Shown: positions 35,401 through 48,341, counted from the whole stretch's first letter. The stretch is 61,869 nt of DNA, filler included, from Aduncisulcus paluster (GCA_024181965.1; 6 parts of 6 records of this genome joined end to end with filler, not necessarily neighbours in it), one strand, 5' to 3'. Notes: generated by a model not told the origin, from the sequence alone. Numbers and translations: made by a program.

Positions 35401-38400
35401 TAGGGTTTGGGCATTGTGTGTCTGAGCTTGATGTTACAGCTTGTGCCTGTGCACCCACATATATACCCTCGTTACAGGAAGATTGGCCTCCTTCTTCGGA
35501 ACTGAGTGTTGTTGGGAATACAAGGGACAAGTCAGAGCAAGACATGTCGGATCCTAGGAGATTATCCACAAGGTCAATGTACTCGAGATGGTCACTCAAG
35601 GAGTACATGTCAGTCAGATTGATCACATAGTTCCCAGAGATATCAAGGAGTGTGAGAGAATCCATAGAGGACAATGGAGAGAGGTCATACAACATGTTAT
35701 AGGAGATGTCCAAGGAAGAGATGGTCACCAAACATGAGAGGGCATCGATAGTCTGAAGAGAGTTGGAACCAAGGTCAAGGAGTGAGAGAGACTCAGAGGA
35801 TGAACAGAGATCCGGACAAGACTCAAGGGAGCAATCGTTAAGAACAAGGGTCTTAAGATTGGAGAATGAGGAGAATTGGTCAATGGTTTGCTGCGAGAGG
35901 GAAGTTCCAGAGAGATCAATGCTTGACAGTGATTCAGAGAGAGATACTAGAGGAGAGANNNNNNNNNNNNNNNNNNNNGTTGGAACCAAGGTCAAGGAGT
36001 GAGAGAGACTCAGAGGATGAACAGAGATCCGGACAAGACTCAAGGGAGCAATCGTTAAGAACAAGGGTCTTAAGATTGGAGAATGAGGAGAATTGGTCAA
36101 TGGTTTGCTGCGAGAGGGAAGTTCCAGAGAGATCAATGCTTGACAGTGATTCAGAGAGAGATACTAGAGGAGAGATATCGATTGAATCACTACATCCACT
36201 CAGATTAATCTCTTCAAGGGATTCAAGCAATTCTATTCCCTGGATATCGTTGAGATTACCACATCCACTGAACGATATATAGATAGTGTTCTTGGCAAGG
36301 GATAACCCAGTCAAAGGTCCCGATATACTCCCTGTGCTTGTAGCGCTTGTACTGGACGTTGAACATGAGAGGTCAAGGTATTCAGGGAGGTCAAGCATCT
36401 CCTGTGGAGTAATCAGACAAGAGGAAGAATCCTTTGAGAGGAGATCACACACAGCAGAGTGAATGTATTCGTCGGCGAAATGAACATACTCACAAGCATC
36501 TCCCTCATACTCATCCTCACACTCACACAGATGGGATGCAGAGTTACAAGCTCCATGGGATCCCATGTATTCACTCTCGACACCACACATTCCTGACGAC
36601 AAGTCGAAAGGATCCAACGGACATGCACAATCACACATGTCTCCATACCACTGGTCAGAACAAGGAGAACATATCATATACTCGGACGAAGGATCAACAG
36701 TGCTGTTATCCTCGTTACCGTCCTCATCAGTCATGTATGCACACTCTCCATATATGCATGTCTCACAGGACAACTGGCATGCAGAACCTGTGTATGATGT
36801 TGAACACTCACATTCATGAGTCTCAGTGTTACACACACCATGGAGAACATCTCCACCACATTGCTGTGCATTGTAGACAGGGCAAGCGTCACTGCACTCA
36901 GCACCATACCAGTCAGAAAGACATTGCAGGCTAATGACACCACTGTCCTCATCCAATACACACTCTTGGTGAGAGGATAAGGCAGAGTAACACGTCGAAT
37001 ACAACGGGTCAGAGGAAGCAATGGGAACACACTCAGGGGATGAGGATGATGTGAGGGCACGATATGAACCTGGGGAACAGACAGCACCCCAACTATATGG
37101 ATAGATCTCGGCACAGTACACATACTCAGAGTACGAGAAGTCAGAGCAGGAGCATTTGTTGTCAGATGAACTGAAGCTGCTCAGCTGCGTGAAAGAGGAA
37201 GTGAAGACAGATGTGTCGTAAAAGGCAGAGTCGAGACCACAGATGAGGTTTCCACTGATGTCAAGCTCAATGAGGGAGGTCGAGAGAGTACTGAGAACGG
37301 GCGAGATGTCTTGAATTGCATTGTTTGACGCATTCAATCCCTCCAAACCTGGCAATTGGAGGACAAAGGCAAGGGAGTCCAAGCCACAATCACTGACATC
37401 CAGATATGATAGGGTCGTGAACAGGACAATATCTGAGGTGGGAATGTCGGTATTGCTCATGATAAGAGTGTCAATGCTCGTGAATAAGGCTTCCAACGAA
37501 CTCAAGGATTGGACGTCTGTGCTGGAAATGTCTAAAAATGTCAGGTTAGATAACTCGTCAAGCTCTGAGATATCGACAAGATTCTCATTGTCTGAAATAT
37601 CGAGCGATGTGAGATTTTCTAGGAGTTCAATGCCACTGATGTCTGAAATGTCACTCCCACTGACGTCGAGAGATGTGACAGAGAGAAGATCATACGGACT
37701 GATATCACAGGGGGAATATCCAAGCAAGGTCACACACAATGCGCTTTGGAAGTTGGCATCGCGAAAAGAGTAGTACTCACACGCTGACCCCGAGAAGCTG
37801 TTATTGCACTCACATGTATGGGATAACAGATCGCATGTCCCGTGTGATCCCGTGAGGAGAGTTGAATCGTCTCCACAGAGAACATCGGAAAGAGTGGGAT
37901 CAATGGGATCTGAAGGGCATGCGTCACTGCATTCAGCACCATACCAACCATCAATACAAGCGATCTCAACCGAACTCACTCCAGAATCATCGAATTGAAG
38001 CACACACTGTTCATGAGGGTTGGATTGGATGTTAAGACCACATGAAAGAACAGTGGTGACATCAGATGGAAGGTCACACCGTGGACTTGAAGACAAGTCA
38101 ACACGATAAGAGAATACAGCACAATCTGGACGCCAGTACTCAACGCCATCAAACTCCCATAGATAAGTACAGACTGTGTTTGTATCCACAGAAACAGTGA
38201 CATTTGACCCATTTGCGGATGTGTAATCATGCACACAGAACACTCAGAGGTATCCTGGTTGGAGTGTGAGACATTGGATATATGCAAGGAGTCTTGCACA
38301 AGTGTCGTTGAGGATTCTTCAAACCCACATATCTTGTTGTCATCAAGAATGAGCGTGTCCAGTAAGGATTCAAACTCAGAGAAGAAGGAGATATCGGATA

Positions 38401-40493
38401 TGGAATTGTTGGACACATCAAGATACGTCAGAGGAAGTTGGAAAAGGTGTGTTAAATCCCAATTCGAGATTCCAAGCCTACCAATGCTTAGGACTTCAAC
38501 AACACCAAACCAAGAGAGGAGATTCGGGGAAGATATTGAAGTTCCACTGATATTAAGCTCAACGATGGAAGTGTTAGATTCATACACAACCTCTCCATTA
38601 TCGATAGAACTTGGAAGCAACATGGACAGGTCAGAGATAGCCGTATTACTGATGTCGAGGGAGGACAGAGATGAGAGATCCAGTATATCGGCAGGGAATG
38701 AAGAAATGATTGGATTGTCATGCACACTGAGATGGGTCAGAGCATGAAGGTCAGAAATGAATAGAATGTCTGGTATATCGGGATTGTGTGATATGTCTAT
38801 CTGCTGAAGATTGGTCATGGATGATAACACAGATGCATCTGAGATGGTGTTGTGAGGAAGGTCAAGACCAATCAGAGCCGATAGATGTTCTATTCCATCC
38901 AAACGAGATATCTGACCCCCATTCCCATCAATATCTGTACTATACTCTCCATCCCAAGATAAGACAACATCTTGAGACGAGGAGATGATAGACTGGAGGG
39001 AAGGGACACTATATAATGAGGAATAATCCTCATAGTTGGTATTCGATGGTGTCCCATAGGAAGCATAAAGAGAAGAATAGGGCAAGGAATCGATTGATAT
39101 TTTGTTTGAATCGGCAATCAAGGAGTCAATGGCCTCGTGTAGTATCTTATCAGGGATCACTGGAAGACACACATGACTCTGACTCTCGGGATCTATCCTG
39201 CACTCATACCCATACAAACATCCATGCTCACATCCAGTATCAGAGGGGGGCAGAGCACATGTGTAATCAGAGGAGGAGGAATAGAGATACGAACTATTGC
39301 TGGCACATCCAACAGTCCAAGAGCCATCGCCGTCTTCAACACATGCAATGTTGGCAGCTACAGTATCAACACCAATCAATGATGGACACTGACACAAGCT
39401 TTCAGAACCATAGTTACTGAAATTACTCAAAGAAGAAAACAAAGAGGCCGACAGATAGGAAGTATCAGCGTCATTATGACAAGTATAACAGTCTTCGCAT
39501 ATCATGTAGATGAGAGTCTGGAGTGTTTGGAGAGGAGATAGATCGGAAATGGGATTATTCGAAAGATAAAGATATGTCAAATTTGTAAGGTACTGAGAGA
39601 TGGCCACAAGGTCATTGTTATGAACATCCATGTCCATCATAAATAAGATGGTCAAATTGGGGAAATGAACAACCTCAGATGCAGATATGGATGAGTTGTC
39701 GAGGTGAAGATTTGTCAACACTGTATTCTGTTGGTTGTCAAAGGAATCGTAAAGAGGTGATAGAGAAGGAACATTGGTTAATCCATTGATATTGAGGTAG
39801 TCTAGAGTGGAAAGAATGGGAATCAATGGCTCCACTGAGGTTAGATCATCGTTACTCCCAATATCAACATCTGTCATAGAGGGAGTCTGAGAGAATAATT
39901 CTTCCAGATAACTATCCTTCAGATTGCTAGAGGAAGCAATCAGTGAGTACAGATATGGGAAACCTTCAAGCTCATTCGAGAATCCCCAAGAGGTAAGCTC
40001 ACAGCCAGTAACGGTTAGTTTCTCAAGGTTAGTAAGAGTCGATACAATGGAGAGATCTGTGACAAGTGGAATGCTGGAAAAGGTCAGTTCCTTGAGGAAA
40101 ATGGCATGCCGAATACCTTCAAGGGATGTAACATCAGGGTTGAAAATTGGTAAAGTACTCAAATATCGCAATGATGCCACACTAAGTGTCGAGTATTCCC
40201 TGTTGGAAGCAGGAATCTGATAGCCAATGATTGTTTCGAGATCTGTATCGGGAACAACGGCTGAGCACTCCCCAGCGATCAAAGAATCATCACTGCCTGT
40301 GACCTGTTTACATTCTTGTCCATAAGCACAACCTCCACTGCAGTTAGTCTCAGTGTCCATCGGAAGAGTACAGGTGTATACAGAAGCACTGGAATAGTGG
40401 GTGAGTGAGGCTGTGGCACATATGGTGTACCAATTCCCAGAGCCTCTGTATGTCTCCACACACACCTTGTTGTCTGAGAGGAAGGCGGAGGGT
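32417..40493 (-). CDS. Giant type-I membrane protein with alternating LRR blocks and EGF/tenascin-like Cys repeats; 5' truncated; 1-nt frameshift near 38237; overlap gap at 35959-35978
   Basis: LxxLxLSxNxIxDLxxL repeats, CxDGWYGxxC motifs, TM segment VVIYIFVSASSILFIGSIVFVGFILV followed by RSRRRK; three track ORFs tile one gene. Confidence 0.88.
35762..36175. repeat. Unmerged assembly overlap: 35762-35958 duplicated at 35979-36175
   Basis: Identical copies flank a 20-N gap. Confidence 0.9.
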
Positions 40494-40593
40494 NNNNNNN
40501 NNNNNNNNNNNNNNNNNNNNNNNNNNNNNNNNNNNNNTTAATTAATTAANNNNNNNNNNNNNNNNNNNNNNNNNNNNNNNNNNNNNNNNNNNN
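40494..40593. other. Artificial scaffold linker
   Basis: TTAATTAATTAA at 40538-40549. Confidence 0.97.
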
Positions 40594-41647
40594 TGTACTT
40601 GAGAATCAGACTTTTCATGTCTCCTTCTTCTTCTTTCACTTCCTTACAAATATCGGCGTGGCTTGATTCTGATATTGACTTTGTTTGACCATGTGCTATA
40701 ACAAGACTTACTTGTTTCTCACGAAGGAGCCAAGCAGCAATAACATAGCGAAAAGGTAACAAAAGCGACCCTGAAATGGAGGAAATGTCATGTTTTTTAT
40801 CAGCATCTTCTTGTTCTTGAGGGTTTCTGGAATGGGAAGAATCGGGGAATATGACAATATTTGAAGGATTGCTAAGATGACCATCTGAAATGCTAGTTTT
40901 AATATCAATACTTCGAAATGAGGGAGAATGATGATGACACAGGCATGGAAGCATACATGAAGTTGCAGATATGTGACATTCTAATTTAATAGGTGCTTCG
41001 ACGTGACTGGAGGAGCTTGGAGAACCCTCACCATCTGTCTCAAGTTTCTTATCTTTTGAGACAATAGAATGGTTGTTATGAGTTGAAAGGGTATCAGAAC
41101 AATGGGCGGAATGATCGTGACGGTCATGAAGGATATGCCGATCATGTTCAGCATGGGGACAAAAATGTTCGTTAGATGAAGAAATGGGAGAAGAAAGCGA
41201 AGAGAAATCAATGCAATGACATCCTTCACATGATGCATGGGCTCCAAGACTGTCAAAATACCCAGTGGGGGAGAGATGGATATCTAAATTTTTTGGGGAA
41301 GATGACCATTTACAGATCTTACATTGGATTATTGAGCTTTTCTTCACAGTGGAACAAAGTCTAGAATCAAGTTTTTCAATGAAAACAATTGGATCTTCTA
41401 TTTTCATGCTCAATTTCAATCGGATATTGACGAGGGCCCATGAATGATCATCAAGCGGGTCTATTGATATATTGTGGATATCTACTGTTTTTAATACATT
41501 ATATAGTGGAATGGAAAGGTGATTTCTCTTTGAAAAAATGACAATTCTATCCCGAAAACACCGAAGCTGATAGTCTTTGTCAAAACAGCGTTTTGACAGG
41601 ATAATAAGTAATGTTGAGGTATGAGGAAGAAATATAATCTGATTCAT
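40594..41647 (-). CDS. Cys/His-rich hypothetical protein, weakly UBE3D/HECT_2-like, 3' truncated
   Basis: IQCKIC...LSPTGYFDSL...CEGCHC followed by a His-rich stretch; the family call is tentative. Confidence 0.55.
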
Positions 41648-41850
41648 TGGAAAAAAACGACAATTATGGGGAACTCAATTTTCGAGATATCCCAAAACAG
41701 TGTAAAAGGCACCATCCTTCATTGTGACAATAAATGATTGACCAACAATTCATGAAAATGAAATGACCTGATGCGAACATATAAGATTTTTATTAAACAC
41801 ACACAAATCATAAGTACCTACAGTAAGCGAAGAAAACAAAATCTTTATCA

Positions 41851-42747
41851 TTACACAAAGTTAAGAACAACGGCGACCAATTGCTCCATGGTAAGAGAAA
41901 TTGAACCAGTGTGAGAAGGATCATATTGCTGGGAGATGGTTCTGCAGAGACCGAGCATAGCACCAAGATCCATGAATCTAGTGTATGTGATCTGGCCAAT
42001 CTTACGACGGTCATAAGCCATCATCAAAGCTTGAGCCATCATGGGGTTGTAGGAGAAACCTTGACGGCTGAGAATTCCCTGAAGTTCAGTGAAAGCAATG
42101 GATCCACTTCTATCGACATCAGCAGCCTGGAAAGCTTGTCTCAGGGAGGTGATGTAGGCATCAAGAGCAAGGAATTCTTGGAAACCAATCTGACCATTCT
42201 TAGCCCAACCAAGGTCGAACATCTTGATAAACTTCTTGGCAATATCAATACCACATTCATAACCTTCTTGGCTGAAGCAACGAGCAAGTTCCTCGGCACA
42301 GATCTGACCACTTCCATCGGTGTCAAGTTGACGGAATTTCATCTGAGCTTGAGCCATGTTGGTGGTCATGTAAGAACCGTATTGGGCCTTGATCCAGGTG
42401 TGGGTAGCAGAAGAGAAGGCGGAGTAAGTTCCAGCCATAGCGCCTAAGGAGGAAGAGAGACCAGCAGCCATACCAGCAGCCATACCAGCGGCCATACCCA
42501 TGGCACCTCCCATAGCAGCACCCATAGCAGCACCCATTCCAGCACCAGGCATTCCCATACCAGGTCCGCCCATGCCCATACCGGGGCCACCCATACCGGG
42601 ACCACCCATGCCCATACCAGGGCCACCCATACCCATACCGGGGCCACCCATACCCATACCAGGGCCACCCATACCGGGGCCACCCATCATACCGCCCATT
42701 CCTCCCATAGGAGGTTGTCCCATACCCATACCTTGTCCAGGAAACAT
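41851..42747 (-). CDS. Penta-EF-hand Ca2+-binding protein (peflin/ALG-2/sorcin family)
   Basis: Gly/Met/Pro-rich N-terminal repeat; EF loops DTDGSGQICAEE and DVDRSGSIAFTE; terminal DPSHTGSISLT. Confidence 0.9.
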   Translation of the reverse strand: MFPGQGMGMGQPPMGGMGGMMGGPGMGGPGMGMGGPGMGMGGPGMGMGGPGMGGPGMGMGGPGMGMPGAGMGAAMGAAMGGAMGMAAGMAAGMAAGLSSSLGAMAGTYSAFSSATHTWIKAQYGSYMTTNMAQAQMKFRQLDTDGSGQICAEELARCFSQEGYECGIDIAKKFIKMFDLGWAKNGQIGFQEFLALDAYITSLRQAFQAADVDRSGSIAFTELQGILSRQGFSYNPMMAQALMMAYDRRKIGQITYTRFMDLGAMLGLCRTISQQYDPSHTGSISLTMEQLVAVVLNFV

Positions 42748-43391
42748 TTTCTTATTTAAATGTTGCAACAAAAGAAGAAAGAACATGATCGGAAATCTGT
42801 CATGTCTAAATTTAGATTTGATGCAGAAAACTGTGATATTCGGGACCCTAATTCGCAGATTTATGATAGTTTAGTGTATTATAAATTGGATATGCCCATC
42901 ATGCATCATCAATTGATGTTTTTCCGAAAGGTATTTTTTGATGATCTCTGCAGCTTGGATATTTTCATTTTGTCTCGATATATACAATAAAATAATTAGT
43001 TTTTTGCAGATTTTGATACATGTTGGAAGATCTCCCGATATCTTAGAAATTCTTCGGTGAGATACCGGGGTTTTGGCTGGAATTTTGGACAATCAAAACC
43101 TTAGATAAGTCTTTTAATTGTTTAATCGTGTTCCACGACAAAATATGGCATTTCTATCCTTCGTCATTTCCGGAGCCATCAGTTTCACAATTTGATTTTT
43201 CCGAATTTATTTTTGTGATAAATTTCATAGATTTGATGATATTTTTTACTATTTAAATAATTCCAAAACGGGTATTTACCATATTTTACCTTATTTTGCT
43301 CGCTATTTCCCATTTTCCAAAAAATGTCAGAATATCCGATTTTATTATTGATTTAAGAGGCTTTTCGATAATATCAGTCAATTCCAAGTTT

Positions 43392-44638
43392 TTATTCATC
43401 TAACAAATTCTTAATAATTTCTTCAAAGCTTTCTACTTCAGATTGTAATTTTAAAAATTTCAAAGCTTCAAGTTCGCGTTTCAACATTTGTTCTCGTTCG
43501 TGAATTTTGGCTGCAGAAAGCCCACAATCAATACTTTTCACTAAAATATCGTGAGAAGATAATTGAGATATTTTTATGGCTTCGCTGATCACACGAGCAA
43601 CTATCAAAGGAGGAAGAGAGGAAGAAAGGAATGAAAGGTGAGAAAGAATATCTTCAGAAATGGACATGTCACAAACTTTAGACGCTGATTTCAATGAAAG
43701 AGATGATGAAGATGAATCAGATGGTTTTCTCTTTTGTTTTTGGTATTCAAGATGAAGTAATTGTTTTTCCGTTTTCCGGCAAAGGTCAATAAAAGTCTTC
43801 ATGCATTCAATTTGGGTCCATCCAACCTTCTTGGCAACTGATTTCCATAAAATTCCACTCGAAGAAATTTCTTGACTTGATGAATCGGTTTCTGATGAAG
43901 AGATACTCAAGGCGTGTTTATAAGCCGATTCAAGACCTCCGCATGCACAAATAGCATCCAAGAGTGATATTAGTGGAAGAGAGGATGAGTTTGGTGGAAT
44001 ATGGACATAATCCTTGGAAGAAATGATATTAGGCAAAGGGAATGGTGGCTGCAGAGGCAAAGGCATACTCACAGATATATCTTGGAGAGGTTGTGGTTGA
44101 CCATTCACATCTTCCCTCTTCACAGTCATGCAACTCTCTCTCTCTTCATCTTTCACAGAGACATGATCATGAGATATGATAGATCCAACTCCCATCGTAG
44201 CTTGCTGGATGGATGATGGATGAATGGCATGGATACCGTGCTGGATGATATTAGAACCACCTGACCCTTGTTGTTGGAGGGGCATAAGAGACCCTGAGCC
44301 AACTGTTGGGGGGGCAGGAAGAGGGTGATGATTAACGACACCTGGGGATTGTACAGCCATTCCAGCGATAGATGTAAAACCGGTATCTGGAGCTCCTTGT
44401 TCAAGTTTCACATCATGGTGGTTAGGTGAGGTTGCATTGGGTTGATCCTTTTGTTGTTTCTCAAAAGAAAGGAGAGATGAGAAACAAGTCGGACAGAGGT
44501 CACAAGAACGCAATACATAACAACACCATCTCGACTTGCCATGTATTTCCTCATGACAGCCGTGGCATAAGAATGCCGGAAAAGAAGAATCACTCTCATC
44601 AATCGCATCGTAATCTTCTTCTTTGTCTTCATTCCCAG
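43392..44638 (-). CDS. SWI3/SMARCC-like chromatin remodelling subunit, C-terminal part (5' truncated)
   Basis: Frame open to the gap. ZZ finger CHGCHEE...CCYVLRSCDLCPTCF, SANT-like LLDAI...WKSVAKKVGWTQIECMKTF, ILSHLSFLSSSLPP and a terminal coiled coil occur in SWI3 order. Confidence 0.7.
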
Positions 44639-44739
44639 GNNNNNNNNNNNNNNNNNNNNNNNNNNNNNNNNNNNNNNNNNNNNTTAATTAATTAANNNNN
44701 NNNNNNNNNNNNNNNNNNNNNNNNNNNNNNNNNNNNNNN
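44639..44739. other. Artificial scaffold linker
   Basis: TTAATTAATTAA at 44684-44695. Confidence 0.97.
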
Positions 44740-45096
44740 CAAGGAGGAAATGACGACAAGAACAAAAAAGAACAGCCAGCGAGAGAACCAGTGAATAAAA
44801 CAGGGTGATTATGGATTGACAAGAAGTTAATATCTAACTAACGAAAATTTATGACATACAATATTTTCAATATTTCTTTTACAACGGGAAGAAATGAAGT
44901 TTTAGAATTCAAAACTCTGTATAATAACAATGCAAGATGACATTGCAGAATATATCGATTAAAAAATATAAATGGTTTCTTTCTAACATATATTGGATAC
45001 CAGTCTTGTCATTCCACTCCTGACACAAAATCGTTTCCTAAGTCCCGAGATTTGTTCACATATTGCATTGTAAAGTTTTATTGTTTGATGATAAGT

Positions 45097-45440
45097 TGTG
45101 GTTGTAATCTGTGAATGTTGTGGACTTACTGATAAATGACTATACTTGTCTGATTCCTGGTTTTACCCCTCCAGAGCTTGTTTGATTTTGCAATATCATT
45201 TGTTTTAGATTTTTTTTGTTTTAAATTCTCTGTTGAGAGTTAGTGAATCCTTAGTTTCTTTTCCAAGTGGTGTAATAATCCTGCTTTATGTTGTTGACTC
45301 AACTATGGTAATGTTGGACACTCCATCTCTTAGAGCAGTAGCATAATTCACTGGATATTGTTAAATTTCTTCGAGTGGTGTCTGTGAATGTTGTGGACTT
45401 ACGACAGATGCTCATCTATTCTCTGATTTTCTTGTTTTCT
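45097..45440 (+). repeat. Diverged direct repeats with an exact 22-bp core, possibly LRR pseudogene remnant
   Basis: tctgtgaatgttgtggacttac at 45108-45129 and 45381-45402; translates as CECCGLT. Confidence 0.5.
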
Positions 45441-45477
45441 CCTCAGATGTTGTTTAGCGGTTTACAAAATAAACAAA

Positions 45478-46728
45478 TTATATTTTACTATATTCAAGTT
45501 TGGTTTCCAGTTTCTTCATTTCTTTTTGTTTCCGGACGGCCCTCATAAAATCATATTGAGATACTTTAGCTCTCATATCACGAATTGCGAATAAACCAGC
45601 TTCGGTGCAGACATTCCTTAAATCAGCCCCGTTAAATCCGTCACTCATCTTGACAACTGGTTCAAAGTCAACTTCGTCGGCGATTGACATCTTTTTCGTA
45701 TGGATGCGCAACACATCATATCTGGCATTCTCTGAAGGAAGTGGGATCTCTACCTTTCTGTCTAACCTTCCGGGACGAAGCAAAGCAGGGTCAAGCACAT
45801 CGGGACGGTTGGTTGCGGCAATGATCTTGACTCTTCCGAGACTCTGAAATCCGTCCAATTGGGCCAGCAACTCAAGAAGACAACGCTGAATTTCTCTATC
45901 GGCTCCACTTCCTTCTTGCAACCTTTTACCTCCAATGGCATCAATTTCATCAATGAATACAACACAGGGTTGGTGTTCACGGGCATAAGTAAAGATTTCA
46001 CGAACCATTCGAGCAGATTCTCCAATATATTTGTCCACAATGGAACTTGCTACCAGTTTCACGAATGAAGCATCAACTGAATTGGCAAGTGCACGGGCCA
46101 ACAGAGTTTTACCAGTTCCTGGTGGACCATATAGAAGTACAGCTTTAGGTGGGGCAATACCAACACGTTCAAAGAGTTCTGGCTGAGTTAATGGGAGTTC
46201 TATAGCTTCTCTGACAGCTCTGATTTGTTTGGAAAGACCACCGACGGAACCGTATGTAACATCTCCAGGGTCTTCATGAAGCATTCCCCAGACAGTGGGA
46301 TCAACTTCTTTGGGCAATACCCGCATTATTGTGAGCGTACTCATATCCAAAGAAATACGACAACCTTCCTGAAGCTCATCTGGATTGACATCTTTATATG
46401 CTCCAACAACATATCTTGGACCAAGCGAACTACGAACGACATAATGATCAGGACCCAATTTTCTAAGGAATTCTCCCACAATCTGGCCCACAGTTTGTAA
46501 GGCGATCACGTCATCCTCAGCCCTATCACTTTCTCCTTTTAGCAGATCAAAAGCCTTGCGAACTTCAAATAAAATAATGACAATGGAAAAAGGAACAATA
46601 AATTATTTCTCAAATTCCAAAAAGATTCACAAATAAACATTATACATACGTTCTTTAACTTCGTTTTGAATCCTTAGTCTTTTACGGTACGAGGCTCTGT
46701 ATTTTTGGAGTAATTCTTCTCTGGTCAT
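45478..46728 (-). CDS. RPT4: 26S proteasome AAA-ATPase Rpt4 (PSMC6); intron 46563-46649
   Basis: [33 protein letters not shown] and C-terminal KLEYSKI; exon 1 MTREELL... joins through a GTATGT..GAAG intron. Confidence 0.95.
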
Positions 46729-46953
46729 ATAATTTTTTTTATAGTATCTAGAATGTCAACCAATCGGTACATTCAATTTGACCATTTCACGTGAATCAAA
46801 TTCTCGAATCGTCATTTGTTGAACAAAATAAATTAAATTTAGGCTTTATTGTAACATCATTTTAATTAGAATCCTATGATGACTCAATTGTGTTCACTGA
46901 ACAAACAAAAACAAACTGGTTGTGTTGTCTTTCTTTGCAAGCAGACCCCTATT

Positions 46954-48341
46954 ATGTATGTTCCATTTTCTTTTGAAAATCCCCAGTTTATGCAATTTTA
47001 TTCTTATATTTTATTATTTTGACATTTCTCAGGGATCCCAAGAAGAAACCAAAAGATAAAAGGCCAAAAAAGAAGTCTTCCTCTTCTTCTCATCCACCCA
47101 AAGACTATGTACTTACATCTGCAAGAAGGATTACCCCCTTATGTGTTCTTGGAAGCGGTGGATTTGGAGAAGTCCTTCTTGTTTATGTTAATGGTGTTGA
47201 CACGCCTCTTATCCTGAAAAAACTCCTTCAAGTCGCCGATCCGCAAGTTATTTCCGATTGTAAGCACGAATTCAAGGCTCAGAGACGTCTATTTATGGAT
47301 CCAAAATGCCATTCTTGTATTCCTCGTCCCATGTACATTGTTGATCTTCTTGACCGGGAACATTTTCATGGAATGTATGGATTTTGTATGGAATATTGTA
47401 TTGGTGGAAGTATCAAGGAATTTGCCCAGTCTTGGGCTCTTGATGATCCTTCTCCTTCATCTAGTCGTTGTCACCGTGACCTTCGTTCTACCTCCCCGAT
47501 TCCACCTAAATACCAACCACCCGAAGAATCTTACGATCCTTTGACCCTTCATCCCGCTAAGGTTGCTTCTCTTGCCGTTGGAATGATTGAATGCCTTGCC
47601 CGTGTCTTCAGAGCAAGGAAAGATGTCGTTCACAGGGATGTTAAGCCCGATAACTTCTTCATTCGTCGCAATGAGAAGGGTGAGTGCAGGGTTGTTCTTG
47701 GAGACTTTGGTTTTGTCAAGATTCGCAATTCTGTGAACTCTTCTATGTCTTCAAAGGTCTTCTCATCTTCTTCTCAAGACAAAAAGGATGAAAAACCCAG
47801 CACCGTGAGTGGTCCTGAAAAGGAAAAGGATAGTGCTGTCGTTGAGCAGTCCTCATATGCTATTCGAGGCACTTTTGTGTATAATTCGTTTGAATCCTTG
47901 ACTGCGGGTATCCAGAATCAAAAGAGTGATGCTTACTCCCTTGGAATGTCCATTTTATCCCTTTTCCTCGGCATGCACCCATTCCAGGATGATGAAGATA
48001 TTCTTCGGATTCCTGATGCTCTCAAGCTCATATCTGCCATCGTTGAAAGGATGCAGAAGGGTCGCCTGCCTCAATTGGAGACTCTTCCCCTCTTCATGAG
48101 GCTTAAGACCATTGAAGGCGGTAGATACGAACCTGTTTTCCGCGTGCTCTCTGAAGTTTTTACTGGTCTTACGAATATCCTTGAAGATGACCGTTGGTCT
48201 GTTAAACAAGCAGAAAGAAAGACAAGGGAGATTAAAGAATTGCTTCCAAATATTGGAGAAGGTTGGAGATGTCCTTCTCTGGAGGAAATTGTGAGTGCTT
48301 ATGTGGAAAAACATGGGACTAGAGGATCAATTGGATTGTAA
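46954..48341 (+). CDS. Divergent Ser/Thr kinase; intron 46956-47032
   Basis: LGSGGFGEV, ILKK, HRDVKPDN, DFG, GTFVYNSFE and SDAYSLG; splicing AT|gtatgt...ctcag|G yields ATG GAT CCC. Confidence 0.85.

Noticed and set aside
8679-36175. Tandem duplications flanking 20-N gaps as gene duplications or frameshifts
   Set aside because: All five are unmerged contig overlaps; removing one copy restores continuous ORFs in the coding cases
46876-46945. ATGATGA...CTGA as a C/D snoRNA upstream of the kinase
   Set aside because: Boxes are only 14 nt apart, with no terminal D box or stem and no convincing rRNA complement
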